From: an uncultured Acidobacteriota bacterium
GTDB lineage: Bacteria; Acidobacteriota; Terriglobia; Terriglobales; Acidobacteriaceae
Assembly: GCA_963744055.1 (NCBI GenBank)
Contig: CAVUSL010000015.1
Location: 5,880-69,879 of the forward strand
Direction of reading: 5' to 3'
DNA length: 64,000 bases
Part shown: in pieces, positions 44,412-53,615 of the stretch
Layout of the letters: each line of letters begins with the position of its first letter
Numbering within the stretch: the stretch's first letter is position 1
Position numbers and translations under genes: made by a program
Notes under the pieces: model-generated
The model's input: the letters and a program-made list of their open reading frames with translations, nothing else
Told to the model about the DNA's origin: nothing
The model's database searches: none

Positions 44412-46049
44412 TCAATACATCGGTTTCATCGGATTAGCATTAGAGTCCGTCTTTGCCCCTGCCACCCAATAAAATTCAAGATGTTGCGGAGGATAGTCTC
44501 CCAGATAAGAAACCCGGCGGCCTCCGACGAACTGCGGAATCGCAGCGCGCGCTCCTTGCGGGATGAGCAGCAAGTGCTGATCTGTTGGTACTTGCTTAAG
44601 TTCGTAGCGGTTGATGGGTTGATTCCGATAGAACGTCAGGCCGTACTCGGTTTCGCGGGCGACACCAAGCACCGCCACGGGCAGGAGCTTGAGTTCCATG
44701 CTTGCCAGTTGCTGTGCGACTGGTCTTGCGGAGAGCGTGTCATCCACGGCCGGCGCGCCGATCCTGAGCAACGCCGCCACAGTCAAAACCACCGGGATGA
44801 GCGTAACGAAATAAAGCGCACGCAAACCCAGTTTGCCAGTGAGTGTCACAGTGATGCCGATGGCGATGATCAACGCGATTGTGCCGGACACGACCGTCAG
44901 GGTTGACCACGGCAGTCGGTGTTGGATCACGATGTATCCGATGGCCACCGCTGGAACGAGCGATGCCGCAGCAATCAGTGCATGTGCCATCATCAGCCAC
45001 AACGGGAGGCGCTCTTCATCGGCGTGCCGACGTACGTATTCCGCAACCAGCAAAGCAGCCGCCGGGATTGCCGGCAGGATGTATCCCGGAAGCTTCGATC
45101 GCGACAGCGAGAAGAACACGATGGGCACGACGAGCCACAAGATTAGGAACACATTGAGCGCGTCGCCGGTCTCGAACAAATCCATGCGCTCAGCCCACCA
45201 GACTCGGATTACCTCGATCATCGCGGCCACGACAAACGCGACCCACGGTACTAGTGCGAGAGCCACTACCGGAAGGTAGAACCAGAAGGGCTGCGTGTGA
45301 TGGTAGAGATCACTACCAAAGCGAGCGAGATTGTGCTCGAGAATAAATACACGGAAGAATTCGGGATTGCGCAGTTGTACCGCGACGTACCACGGCGCAG
45401 CCACCACCAAAAATACAAAAACTCCCGGCAACCATAATGTCTTCAGGATCAGCTGCGTCTTGCCGGCGGCCAACGCAAACAGAACGATGACAGCTCCGGC
45501 GAGAAGCATACCAATCGGGCCTTTCGCCAGGACCGCCAGGGCCAGGAAAAGATAGAAACCGTAAAGCAGCTTCTGCTTCGCGGTTTCCCACCAGGCATAC
45601 CAGCACAGCATCGCCAGCGAGAACATGGCGGCCAAAGGCATGTCGGTCGAGGCAGAATGCGCAAATCCAACCAGACCCGCGGCCGAAGCCGTCATCAGAG
45701 CGCCATCCAGATGAAATCCAGGGCGCAATTTTCTCAGAAAGAGATAAACCGCCAGCACGACAAGCGACGCGTCCAGCGCAGAGGGAACGCGAGCGGCCCA
45801 ATCGCGGACACCGAAAATGGCGAATGTGATCCTGGCCTCCCAGTAATACAACGGTGGCTTCTCCAGCCATGCCGTTCCATTCAACGTAGGCGTGATCCAG
45901 TCATGACGCGCGAGCATCTCGCGTGCTACCTGCGCATAGCGCGGCTCGTCCGCGCCAACCAGGCCAAATTGGCCAAGCCCATTGAAAAACAAAAAGACGC
46001 AGAATCCGATGAGCAGCAGCCACTCGCGGGCGCGCAGCCTCATCGGCAA
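44412..46049 (-). CDS. Glycosyltransferase family 39 (ArnT/PMT-like) membrane protein
   Basis: 545-aa polytopic ORF with N-terminal DEPRYAQVAREM...WLEKPPLYYW, typical of ArnT-like enzymes. Confidence 0.8.
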   Translation of the reverse strand: MPMRLRAREWLLLIGFCVFLFFNGLGQFGLVGADEPRYAQVAREMLARHDWITPTLNGTAWLEKPPLYYWEARITFAIFGVRDWAARVPSALDASLVVLAVYLFLRKLRPGFHLDGALMTASAAGLVGFAHSASTDMPLAAMFSLAMLCWYAWWETAKQKLLYGFYLFLALAVLAKGPIGMLLAGAVIVLFALAAGKTQLILKTLWLPGVFVFLVVAAPWYVAVQLRNPEFFRVFILEHNLARFGSDLYHHTQPFWFYLPVVALALVPWVAFVVAAMIEVIRVWWAERMDLFETGDALNVFLILWLVVPIVFFSLSRSKLPGYILPAIPAAALLVAEYVRRHADEERLPLWLMMAHALIAAASLVPAVAIGYIVIQHRLPWSTLTVVSGTIALIIAIGITVTLTGKLGLRALYFVTLIPVVLTVAALLRIGAPAVDDTLSARPVAQQLASMELKLLPVAVLGVARETEYGLTFYRNQPINRYELKQVPTDQHLLLIPQGARAAIPQFVGGRRVSYLGDYPPQHLEFYWVAGAKTDSNANPMKPMY

Positions 46050-46143
46050 ATCCCGATGCCTGCAAGTCTGAGCACTGCAGACTGGGGGGGAACGATATCG
46101 TCAGCAGCGCGCTCGTTCAACAAAGCACGCGAGCCGTTAGCCG

Positions 46144-46392
46144 TCACGATTGCGCCTGCTGACGAAACAGAGCGTAAATGCTGATGAGCGTCCATGTAAC
46201 TTCGAGGACGACGAACCCGACTTGAAAGGGATGGAAGGCGATGTACCCAAGGATCGCCGAACCGATGGCGTTGAGAATGTTGTAGGCGGCCCGGCGCGGA
46301 TTCATCCAGCCCATCTGATGGCCGGCATACGCCATCAGGATCAACATCGCGCCCAGAAAGGACGCAGACTGTCGCCATATCGAAATTTCCAT
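46144..46392 (-). CDS. Small membrane protein (hypothetical)
   Basis: I trimmed the ORF 46144..46551 to the ATG at 46392 because the upstream part overlaps the nrnA 3' end. It is 82 aa with 2-3 TM helices. Confidence 0.45.
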   Translation of the reverse strand: MEISIWRQSASFLGAMLILMAYAGHQMGWMNPRRAAYNILNAIGSAILGYIAFHPFQVGFVVLEVTWTLISIYALFRQQAQS

Positions 46393-46456
46393 AGGGGCTA
46401 TTTTACCGGGAAACTGGAACTCTCTAGTGCTGCGCCGAGGGCGAAGGGCGCCGGCT

Positions 46457-47389
46457 CTACCGGCGAATCTTCTCCAGGATGCGGGCAACGGCGATGGAGA
46501 GTGGACCGTCCATCGAGCAGCCGCTGGCGCATTCGTGTCCACCACCGCCAAAGCCCTCAGCGATCTGGGCTACATTCAGCGCGCCTTTGCTCCGCAGACT
46601 CACGCGGTAGCGCCCATCTGCCATCTCGCGGAAGAACACTGCGACTTCCACGTCCCCGATCGAGAGTGCGTAGTTCACCAGGCCTTCGCAGTCTTCTTCT
46701 TTGGCCTGGCTACGTTCCATCTGCTCGCGCGTAATCCAGATCCAGGCAAGAGGGCCCTCGCGGTGAAGGTTCGATAAGGCGGCGCCCAACAGCCGCATCT
46801 TGGCGGTGGAATGCGCGAAGTAAATATTGCGGGCGCAGTGTGCCGGATCCGCTCCAGCCAGCACCAGTTCCCGCGCCAGGGTGAACGTATGCTCGTTGGT
46901 GCCCCGAAACATGAAGGACCCGGTGTCAGTCATGAGCGCGGTGTAGAGACAAGTTGCAATGTCAGGCGTGATTTTTACTTGGGCTTCACGGGCCAGGCGA
47001 AAAACCAGTTCCGCGGTAGCCGTAGCTTCGGGGTCGATCCAGTTCACATGCGCGAACGGCCGGCCGCTCACGTGATGATCAATGCTGATGAGAAACCGAT
47101 TCTCCAGACCTTCGAGGCGGGTACGTTGGACGCTGTCGCATTCGAGAATGATTGCGGCGTCGTAGTTGCCGTTGACACGATCGGCTTGCACGACTCGCTC
47201 AGCGAACGGCAAGGGCTGGTAGATGCGGGGAACGGGATCATGCAGGACAACATCGGCATCCTTGCCCATGCACCGGAGAATCTCGCAGCAGGCGAGGGCC
47301 GAGCCGATGGCGTCGCCGTCGGGACGCGCGTGCGAAGTCAGCACAAAGCGATTCCGACTCCGAATGCTCTCCAGGACTTCCCTCAACAT
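46457..47389 (-). CDS. nrnA: DHH/DHHA1 phosphoesterase (NrnA-type oligoribonuclease/pAp phosphatase)
   Basis: 310-aa ORF with SHARPDGDAIGS, IDHH and GGGGHECASG motifs. Confidence 0.85.
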   Translation of the reverse strand: MLREVLESIRSRNRFVLTSHARPDGDAIGSALACCEILRCMGKDADVVLHDPVPRIYQPLPFAERVVQADRVNGNYDAAIILECDSVQRTRLEGLENRFLISIDHHVSGRPFAHVNWIDPEATATAELVFRLAREAQVKITPDIATCLYTALMTDTGSFMFRGTNEHTFTLARELVLAGADPAHCARNIYFAHSTAKMRLLGAALSNLHREGPLAWIWITREQMERSQAKEEDCEGLVNYALSIGDVEVAVFFREMADGRYRVSLRSKGALNVAQIAEGFGGGGHECASGCSMDGPLSIAVARILEKIRR

Positions 47390-47394
47390 AGGGT

Positions 47395-47784
47395 CTACGC
47401 TTGACGGGCACGCGCCGGGCCGGACTTCTTCTTGTTCTTGGAACGGCCCAACAGTTCGTCAATCCTCGATACGTATTCCTGCGACCGGTCGTGAATGAAA
47501 ATCAACTCGGGCGCACGGCGCAAGTGCAACCGCTCCACGAGTTCGCGACGAACAAAGCCCGAGGCCGCCTGCAAGCCTTCCATTGTGTCGGCCGCCGCAG
47601 CTTCGTCTCCTTGCACCACCACCATCACACGCGCGGAGCGTGAGTCGGGAGCAAGCAATACTTCACTCACGTTAGCCAGGCCAATGCGGGGATCGCCGAG
47701 TTCTCCTTCGAGAATCGTTTCGATCTCCTCGCGCAGAGCCTCGCTGAGCCGCTCCCGGTGATATTTCTGGCCGCGCCGTTCCAA
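47395..47784 (-). CDS. rbfA: Ribosome-binding factor A
   Basis: 129-aa ORF with R..R....L.EEI..IL..EL.DPRI, plus its operon position after infB. Confidence 0.9.
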   Translation of the reverse strand: MERRGQKYHRERLSEALREEIETILEGELGDPRIGLANVSEVLLAPDSRSARVMVVVQGDEAAAADTMEGLQAASGFVRRELVERLHLRRAPELIFIHDRSQEYVSRIDELLGRSKNKKKSGPARARQA

Positions 47785-47868
47785 CGAATCACTCCCAAGT
47801 AAAACGGATGAGAATATCAGAAGTTGCGCTGCCCGGGGAGGGATGACAGGGGCAGCGGAATGTCCGCA

Positions 47869-48156
47869 TTACAAAAATTCCACGAACGAATCGGTCAGGT
47901 CCGCGCCGCCGTTATTAGCGATGCGCGTCGCTGAGCGTTCTACGTTCTTCATCAGACCGTCGAGATAGTCGCGCGAATCGGACACGCTGACTACCCCCAG
48001 GGTCGCCCGGTTCCAAAGCCCACTGGCGTCGAGTTCCGCAACCGCCACGTTGAATTGAGAACGCAGCCGATCTTTCAGACTGCGGACCACCTGGCGCTTG
48101 TCTTTCAGCGACTGCGCGGCTTCGATGCTGAGCTCGAGCGTGAGAAAAGCGATCAT
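47869..48156 (-). CDS. DUF503 family protein (YlxP-like)
   Basis: I trimmed the start to the ATG at 48156 (MIAFLTLELSIEAAQSLKDKRQVVRSLKDRL). The upstream 16 codons are hairpin sequence. Confidence 0.8.
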   Translation of the reverse strand: MIAFLTLELSIEAAQSLKDKRQVVRSLKDRLRSQFNVAVAELDASGLWNRATLGVVSVSDSRDYLDGLMKNVERSATRIANNGGADLTDSFVEFL

Positions 48157-48228
48157 GGTCGTTGGCTGGTAGCTGTTGGTCGTTGGCAAAACCAGACTCG
48201 CCAACGACTAACGACCACTCGCCAACAG
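48157..48228. repeat. Word-type palindrome (GTTGG/TCGTTGGC words) filling the infB-DUF503 spacer
   Basis: gtagctgttggtcgttggc ... gccaacgactaacgaccactcgccaacagctac has imperfect arms with a bulge. Confidence 0.6.
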
Positions 48229-51144
48229 CTACGCTATCACTTCCGCGGCAATGCGTTCGGTAACGAATGCTTCGATCACATCGCCAACCTTGATATCCGA
48301 ATAGTTGGCGATCGAGATGCCGCATTCCATGCCATTGCGCACTTCGCTGGCATCATCCTTGAAGCGCTTCAGCGAGCCGATCTTGCCTTTGAAGATCACC
48401 ACGTTGTCGCGCAGCAAGCGAACTTCCGAGTCGCGCTTGATAAGGCCATCGCTGACCTGGCATCCCGCAATCGTGCCGACCTTCGGAATCCGGAACGTGT
48501 CTTTGACGTCTGCCCGTCCCTGATAGGTTTCCTTGATGGTCGGCTCGAGCAGCCCGGTCATGGCGCGTTTGATCTCGTCCTGCAGTTCGTAAATGATCGA
48601 GTGCAGGCGAATGTCGACCTTATCCTGGTCGGCCAATTCCTGCGCCTTGCGCTCCGGCCGCACGTTGAAGCCGATAATGATGGCGTTCGACGCCGAAGCC
48701 AGCAGCACGTCGGATTCGGTAATGGCTCCCACCCCGGCGCGCAGAACCTTCAACCGCACCTTGTCGTTCGAGAGCTTCGCGAGCAAGTCGGACAGCACTT
48801 CGATCGAGCCGCCCACGTCGCCCTTGAGAATGATGTTAAGTTCCTTCGTGCCCGCGGTCTTGAGCTGTTCGGCTAGGCCTTCGAGCGAGACGCGCGAACT
48901 CTTGGCCAGCTGAGCTTCACGAGCCTTCTGCTCGCGATACTCAGAAATGCCACGTGCTTTGTCGCGGTCCGCCACTACTACGAACTGATCGCCCGCCTGC
49001 GGCAAGGCTTCCATACCAAGAATCTCCACTGGCGTGGAAGGCGGAGCTTCCTGCAACTGCGCCCCGCGATCATCGAACATGGCGCGGATTTTCCCGTACA
49101 CGTTGCCTACGACGAAATTGTCGCTGGTGTGCAGAGTGCCGTCCTGTACGAGGACGGTGGCTACAGGACCGCGTCCGCGATCGAGCTTCGCTTCCAGAAC
49201 AACGCCGCTGGCCGAGCGCGCAGGATTGGCACGGAGTTCCTGCAAGTCGGCTACCAGGCAGATCATTTCCATCAGCAGATTGAGGTTGGTCTTTTTCTTG
49301 GCCGAGACGTCAACAAAAACCGTGGTGCCGCCCCAGTCTTCGGGCATAAGCCCGCGATCCGCGAGTTGCTTCTTCACGCGATCGGGCATGGCATCCGGTT
49401 TGTCGATCTTGTTGACGGCGACGATGATCGGAACTTCCGCGGCGTGCGCGTGATCGATGGCTTCGAGCGTCTGCGGCATCACCCCGTCGTCAGCTGCGAC
49501 TACGAGAACCACGATGTCGGTGGACTTCGCACCACGTGCGCGCATGCGCGTGAACGCCTCGTGGCCCGGCGTGTCGAGGAACACGATCTCGCGCCCATAG
49601 GCCGGAGATTCAGTATCCTGAACACGAACCTTGTAAGCGCCGATGTGTTGCGTGATTCCGCCGGCCTCACCCTCCGCTACAGAAGTGGAGCGGATCGAGT
49701 CGAGCAAGGTCGTCTTGCCGTGGTCGACGTGGCCCATGATCGTGACCACAGGCGGACGCGGCACAGCTTCGGCACCGCCTTCTTCCCCGGTCGCGGCAGC
49801 GTCGGCGATTTCCTTTTGCGCCTGCTCTTCGAAGGTGATCACGTTCGTGTCAGCGCCGAAGAAGCGCGCCATCTCGCTGGCGAGCTCGGCGTCGAGCGAC
49901 TGGTTGATGGTCGCGAACACGCCGCGAGACAACAGGCGTGCGATCAGATCCTTGGCACGGATGTCGAGCTTCTCCGCGAGATCCTTCACGCTGATGCCTT
50001 CCGTAATGGTGATGTTCCGCGTGATGGGCTGCGGCTCGTTCGAGAGCGACATGCGCGGCGGCGGAACGTAGCCCTTCATTGGGCCTTCCTTCACCCCGCG
50101 CGGAACGTAGCGTTGTCCGGGACGACGTGACGGACCACCCGGACGGCTGCCTGGACGGGATGGCCCTGGAGGGGCGCCCAGAGGCGCTCCCGGACCCACA
50201 CCCAGCGGACGCGCGCCCGTGGGGGAGGAGCGGGTGGGATGCATTGGGCGACGTTCGCCCGGACGTAGCGCCGGACGCGGGCCGCCGGGTACTTGCGGAC
50301 GCGGACGCTGAAAAATCGGCTGGCCAGGCACAGGACGGCCAGGTATGGGACGCGAAGCGATCGGTACGCCCGGCTGAACAGGCTTTGGCGGAGGCGCCTT
50401 GTAAACTGGCCGCGGTCCAGTCTGCGGGACAATCATGCGCGGCGGCGGAGTCGTGGGCGCGGCCGGCTTGCTGGCTACTGGCGCGCTGGGCGGCGCAACC
50501 GTTGCGGCGGGCGGCGCAGCGGGCTGTGCGATGATTTCGGTCGGAGCGCTGGGCGGTGCAACCGGAGGCGGCGCAACCGGACGCGGCGGAGCGCTTGCAG
50601 CTGGACTCGCTGCTACCGGTGCAGGCGGTCTAGCCGCCGGCGGAGCAGGTGGCGTTGCCGGAGCTACTGGAACCCTTGCCACCGGGCGAGCCACGCTCTG
50701 CGGCGTAATGAAACGCGGTGCAGGTGGCGGTGGCGCGGCAGGCTTCGCGGCTGCAGGCGGTATGGCCGGCGGCGCGGGCGGTGTTGCGGCCTTAACCTCG
50801 ACTTGAGGCGGACGCGCTGGCGGAGCTGCGGGTGGCGTCGGTGTTGTCCCACCTTGCTGCTGCTTGGTGATCAGCTTTAGCACATCTCCAGGCTTGGAAA
50901 TGTGCGAGAGATCAATCTTGGTTTTGATTTCGTCAGCTTCGCGACCGGCACGCGACCGGGAGGGCGCGGCTTGCGCTTCGGCGGCGGCGCGGAAATGAGC
51001 GCGCACCTTTTCCGCTTCGAAGTCCTCGACAGAACTCGAGTGCGTCTTCTTCTCTGTAACTCCGACTGCGACCAGGACATCAAGAATTGCCTTGCTCTTG
51101 ACTTCCAGTTCCCTGGCCAGATCGTTAATTCGAATCTTACTCAT
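48229..51144 (-). CDS. infB: Translation initiation factor IF-2
   Basis: 971-aa ORF with a G domain ([18 protein letters not shown]), a long Pro/Ala-rich N-terminal linker, and the nusA-infB-rbfA context. Confidence 0.97.
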   Translation of the reverse strand: MSKIRINDLARELEVKSKAILDVLVAVGVTEKKTHSSSVEDFEAEKVRAHFRAAAEAQAAPSRSRAGREADEIKTKIDLSHISKPGDVLKLITKQQQGGTTPTPPAAPPARPPQVEVKAATPPAPPAIPPAAAKPAAPPPPAPRFITPQSVARPVARVPVAPATPPAPPAARPPAPVAASPAASAPPRPVAPPPVAPPSAPTEIIAQPAAPPAATVAPPSAPVASKPAAPTTPPPRMIVPQTGPRPVYKAPPPKPVQPGVPIASRPIPGRPVPGQPIFQRPRPQVPGGPRPALRPGERRPMHPTRSSPTGARPLGVGPGAPLGAPPGPSRPGSRPGGPSRRPGQRYVPRGVKEGPMKGYVPPPRMSLSNEPQPITRNITITEGISVKDLAEKLDIRAKDLIARLLSRGVFATINQSLDAELASEMARFFGADTNVITFEEQAQKEIADAAATGEEGGAEAVPRPPVVTIMGHVDHGKTTLLDSIRSTSVAEGEAGGITQHIGAYKVRVQDTESPAYGREIVFLDTPGHEAFTRMRARGAKSTDIVVLVVAADDGVMPQTLEAIDHAHAAEVPIIVAVNKIDKPDAMPDRVKKQLADRGLMPEDWGGTTVFVDVSAKKKTNLNLLMEMICLVADLQELRANPARSASGVVLEAKLDRGRGPVATVLVQDGTLHTSDNFVVGNVYGKIRAMFDDRGAQLQEAPPSTPVEILGMEALPQAGDQFVVVADRDKARGISEYREQKAREAQLAKSSRVSLEGLAEQLKTAGTKELNIILKGDVGGSIEVLSDLLAKLSNDKVRLKVLRAGVGAITESDVLLASASNAIIIGFNVRPERKAQELADQDKVDIRLHSIIYELQDEIKRAMTGLLEPTIKETYQGRADVKDTFRIPKVGTIAGCQVSDGLIKRDSEVRLLRDNVVIFKGKIGSLKRFKDDASEVRNGMECGISIANYSDIKVGDVIEAFVTERIAAEVIA

Positions 51145-51252
51145 CCGCCCTTTCTTGGCCCCGCCACCGCTCCCTAAGTCTTCATAGCATCCTCACGGAG
51201 TCAGCGTTGCACACCGCTCCGCCGCCGAAGCGACGGGCGCAGAAAACCCTGA

Positions 51253-52743
51253 TCATTCTTTTGGTTCGGCAGAGACGTCTTTCTCTCCGCCCTCGGTCTG
51301 CGCAGCCGCTTCTTCTGCGCTCGCTTCGCTCTCGTCGGCCGCCGCGGCAACATCCTGAATTTCGCCTTCGACGGGCGCTTCTTCCGCTGCGGCTTCGCTC
51401 ACCGCTTCTTCCGAAGGCACTTCCTCAGTCTCGCCTTCGACTAGCGCGACCGCGCCTTCTCCACCTTCCAAGGTGGCGAAATAATTATTCACCGCCAGGC
51501 TGATTTTTTCCACCGTTTTAGGACCAATGCCCTCGATAGCTTCCAACTGCTCCGGTGTCATGTCGGCCAACGCTTCGACGGTTGCGATCCCAGCCGCACC
51601 CAGCTTCTCGATCAGGCCTTCACCCAGGCCCGGAACGCTATCCAGCGGGGTGGCGGTCTGCGAGGTCAGCGCCGACATCTGCTGCTCGACTTCCTGGCGC
51701 TTCTCTTCCTCGCTCTTGATGTCGATCTTCCAGCCAAGGAGTTTCGCGGCCAGACGGACGTTCTGCCCCTTCTTGCCGATAGCCAGCGACAACTGCGTGT
51801 CGTCGACCACGACTTCGAGATGCTTCTCCATCGCGTCCACCACCGTCACTCGGCTGACCTTGGCAGGCTGCAGAGCCTTCTCCGCAAACGTGACCGGATC
51901 CTCGTGGTATTCGATGATGTCGATCTTCTCGCCACGCAGTTCGCGGATGATCGACTGCACTCGCATGCCCTTCATGCCCACGCACGCGCCCACCGCGTCC
52001 ACGTCCTTATCTTTCGACATGACCGCGATCTTGGTACGTTCCCCGGCTTCACGGGCGATGGCGCGGATCACAACCGTTCCGTCATAAATCTCAGGGACTT
52101 CCGTCTGGAACAGGTTCTGCACGAGTTCCGGCGCTGCGCGCGAGACCACAACCTGCGGTCCCTTCGACGCTTTCTCCACGCGCACGATCACCACGCGAAC
52201 GCGCTCGCCGATCGCAAACGATTCGAGCCGCGACTGCTCCTTGCGAGGCATTCGCGATTCCGCTTTGCCGATGTCGAAAATCACATCCGGACCTTCGACC
52301 CGCTTCACGGTCGCGTTCACGATCTCGCCCACGCGCGAAATGTACTCGTTGTAAACAGTGTCGCGCTCGGCTTCGCGGACTTTCTGGAAAATCACCTGCT
52401 TGGCCAACTGCGCCGCGATGCGTCCCAGAATTCCTTCAGTCACTTTCGGAATCTGCAATTCGCCGCCAACCTCGACTTTCGGGTCGACTTTGCGAGCGTC
52501 TTCTAACGTCACCTGCAGAGTTGGATCTTCGATTTGCTCCGGAGTCTCGACCACGGTCTTGACTGCGAACGCGCGAATCTTGCCCGTATCCTTGTCCAGT
52601 TCCGCGCGCAGGTTTTCCTGGGTCTTGTAGTACTTGCGGGTCGCGACCACAATCGCGTCTTCCACCGCACTGACCACAATTTGCGGATCAATCCCTTTTT
52701 CCCGACTCAGCGCGTCGATCGTGTTATAGAGCTCACTTGCCAT
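51253..52743 (-). CDS. nusA: Transcription termination/antitermination factor NusA
   Basis: 496-aa ORF with S1 and two KH domains (GACVGMKGMRVQ, AIGKKGQNVRLA), HhH repeats and an acidic tail. Confidence 0.95.
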   Translation of the reverse strand: MASELYNTIDALSREKGIDPQIVVSAVEDAIVVATRKYYKTQENLRAELDKDTGKIRAFAVKTVVETPEQIEDPTLQVTLEDARKVDPKVEVGGELQIPKVTEGILGRIAAQLAKQVIFQKVREAERDTVYNEYISRVGEIVNATVKRVEGPDVIFDIGKAESRMPRKEQSRLESFAIGERVRVVIVRVEKASKGPQVVVSRAAPELVQNLFQTEVPEIYDGTVVIRAIAREAGERTKIAVMSKDKDVDAVGACVGMKGMRVQSIIRELRGEKIDIIEYHEDPVTFAEKALQPAKVSRVTVVDAMEKHLEVVVDDTQLSLAIGKKGQNVRLAAKLLGWKIDIKSEEEKRQEVEQQMSALTSQTATPLDSVPGLGEGLIEKLGAAGIATVEALADMTPEQLEAIEGIGPKTVEKISLAVNNYFATLEGGEGAVALVEGETEEVPSEEAVSEAAAEEAPVEGEIQDVAAAADESEASAEEAAAQTEGGEKDVSAEPKE

Positions 52744-52778
52744 AAAGAAGATTCCGATTCAACGTAACTGTCGTGCTG

Positions 52779-52870
52779 CAAGTTTCAAAGTTTGAGGTTT
52801 CGACGTCAGACACATTTTGACTCTGGGCGACCCCACCCACCACTTAGAACTTTGAAACCTTGAAACTTTT
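52779..52870. repeat. GTTTC/GAAAC-word hairpin (family D) in the rimP-nusA spacer
   Basis: caagtttcaaagtttgaggtttcg ... gaactttgaaaccttgaaactt are outer arms around a ~45-nt interior. Confidence 0.65.
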
Positions 52871-52874
52871 CTTC

Positions 52875-53369
52875 CTAAATCTCTGGCACCAAATTTGCTT
52901 TCTCAACGTTCGCCAGTTCGATTTCAACTTTCTGCGAAGCGTCGGGCGCGGGACGCTTCTTCTTCCGCGCCTCGCTCAAATCCAGCGTCAGCCTGCCGTC
53001 GCGAAAACTCTCGAGACGCCCTTCAAAATGGCGGTTGCCGTTCACCGGCTGCCGCGTCATCAACTTCACCCTGCTGCCTGCGAATCGCTCGTAATCGGCC
53101 GCACGATTCAACCTGCGATCCAGACCCGGCGAAGAAACCTCCAGCACGTAAGTTCCGCCCGGCACCACGTCCTCGACATCGAGGATCGTGCCGAACTCCC
53201 GGCTGAACAGCGCACAGTCTTCGTGCGTCACGCCGGCGGGCTTATCGAGGAAGACCCGGAGCATCCGGCTCTTGCCCCCTCCGCGCAGTTCGATCTCGAC
53301 CACTTCCAACCCACTGGTGGCCGCCACGCGCTCGGCAATCGCCCGCACGCGGTCTTCTTCAAATGCCAT
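52875..53369 (-). CDS. rimP: Ribosome maturation factor RimP
   Basis: 164-aa ORF with LEVSSPGLDRRL, positioned upstream of nusA. Confidence 0.9.
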   Translation of the reverse strand: MAFEEDRVRAIAERVAATSGLEVVEIELRGGGKSRMLRVFLDKPAGVTHEDCALFSREFGTILDVEDVVPGGTYVLEVSSPGLDRRLNRAADYERFAGSRVKLMTRQPVNGNRHFEGRLESFRDGRLTLDLSEARKKKRPAPDASQKVEIELANVEKANLVPEI

Positions 53370-53415
53370 GAATTCAACGAGTTACCAGCATCGCGCCCAC
53401 AGAGGCCCGGCAGAA

Positions 53416-53440
53416 ACTAAAAAGTGGGCTTGCGCCCACT
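53416..53440 (-). terminator. Weak intrinsic-terminator-like hairpin 47 nt upstream of rimP
   Basis: On the minus strand: AGTGGGC-gcaa-GCCCACT followed by TTTT. It lies 176 nt after the kinase stop codon. Confidence 0.55.
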
Positions 53441-53615
53441 GGTGTGCTTCGCCAAATGCCGGTACTACACAACAGTTTCCAATACCTGAATATACGCTCG
53501 TCAGGCGTAAAAGACAAACGACGGAACCCGGTTGCGCGAAGGAATTCCGTGGTTTCTTGGCGCTCAAGACTCCTGATTAGAGATGCTCTCATGAAGAAAT
53601 GGGTTGCGGCTGAAA

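Noticed and set aside
47085-47096. CTGATGAGAAAC, resembling a hammerhead ribozyme core.
   Set aside because: There is no stem II between CUGAUGA and GAAA, and no flanking stems I or III. It lies inside the nrnA coding region on the antisense strand.
48055-50880. A series of plus-strand ORFs (273, 333, 195 and 123 aa, including Gly/Ala-rich and Arg-rich products) across the infB locus.
   Set aside because: They are antisense to IF-2, whose identity is unambiguous. The Gly/Ala and Arg runs are the reverse-complement reading of the Pro/Ala-rich IF-2 linker.
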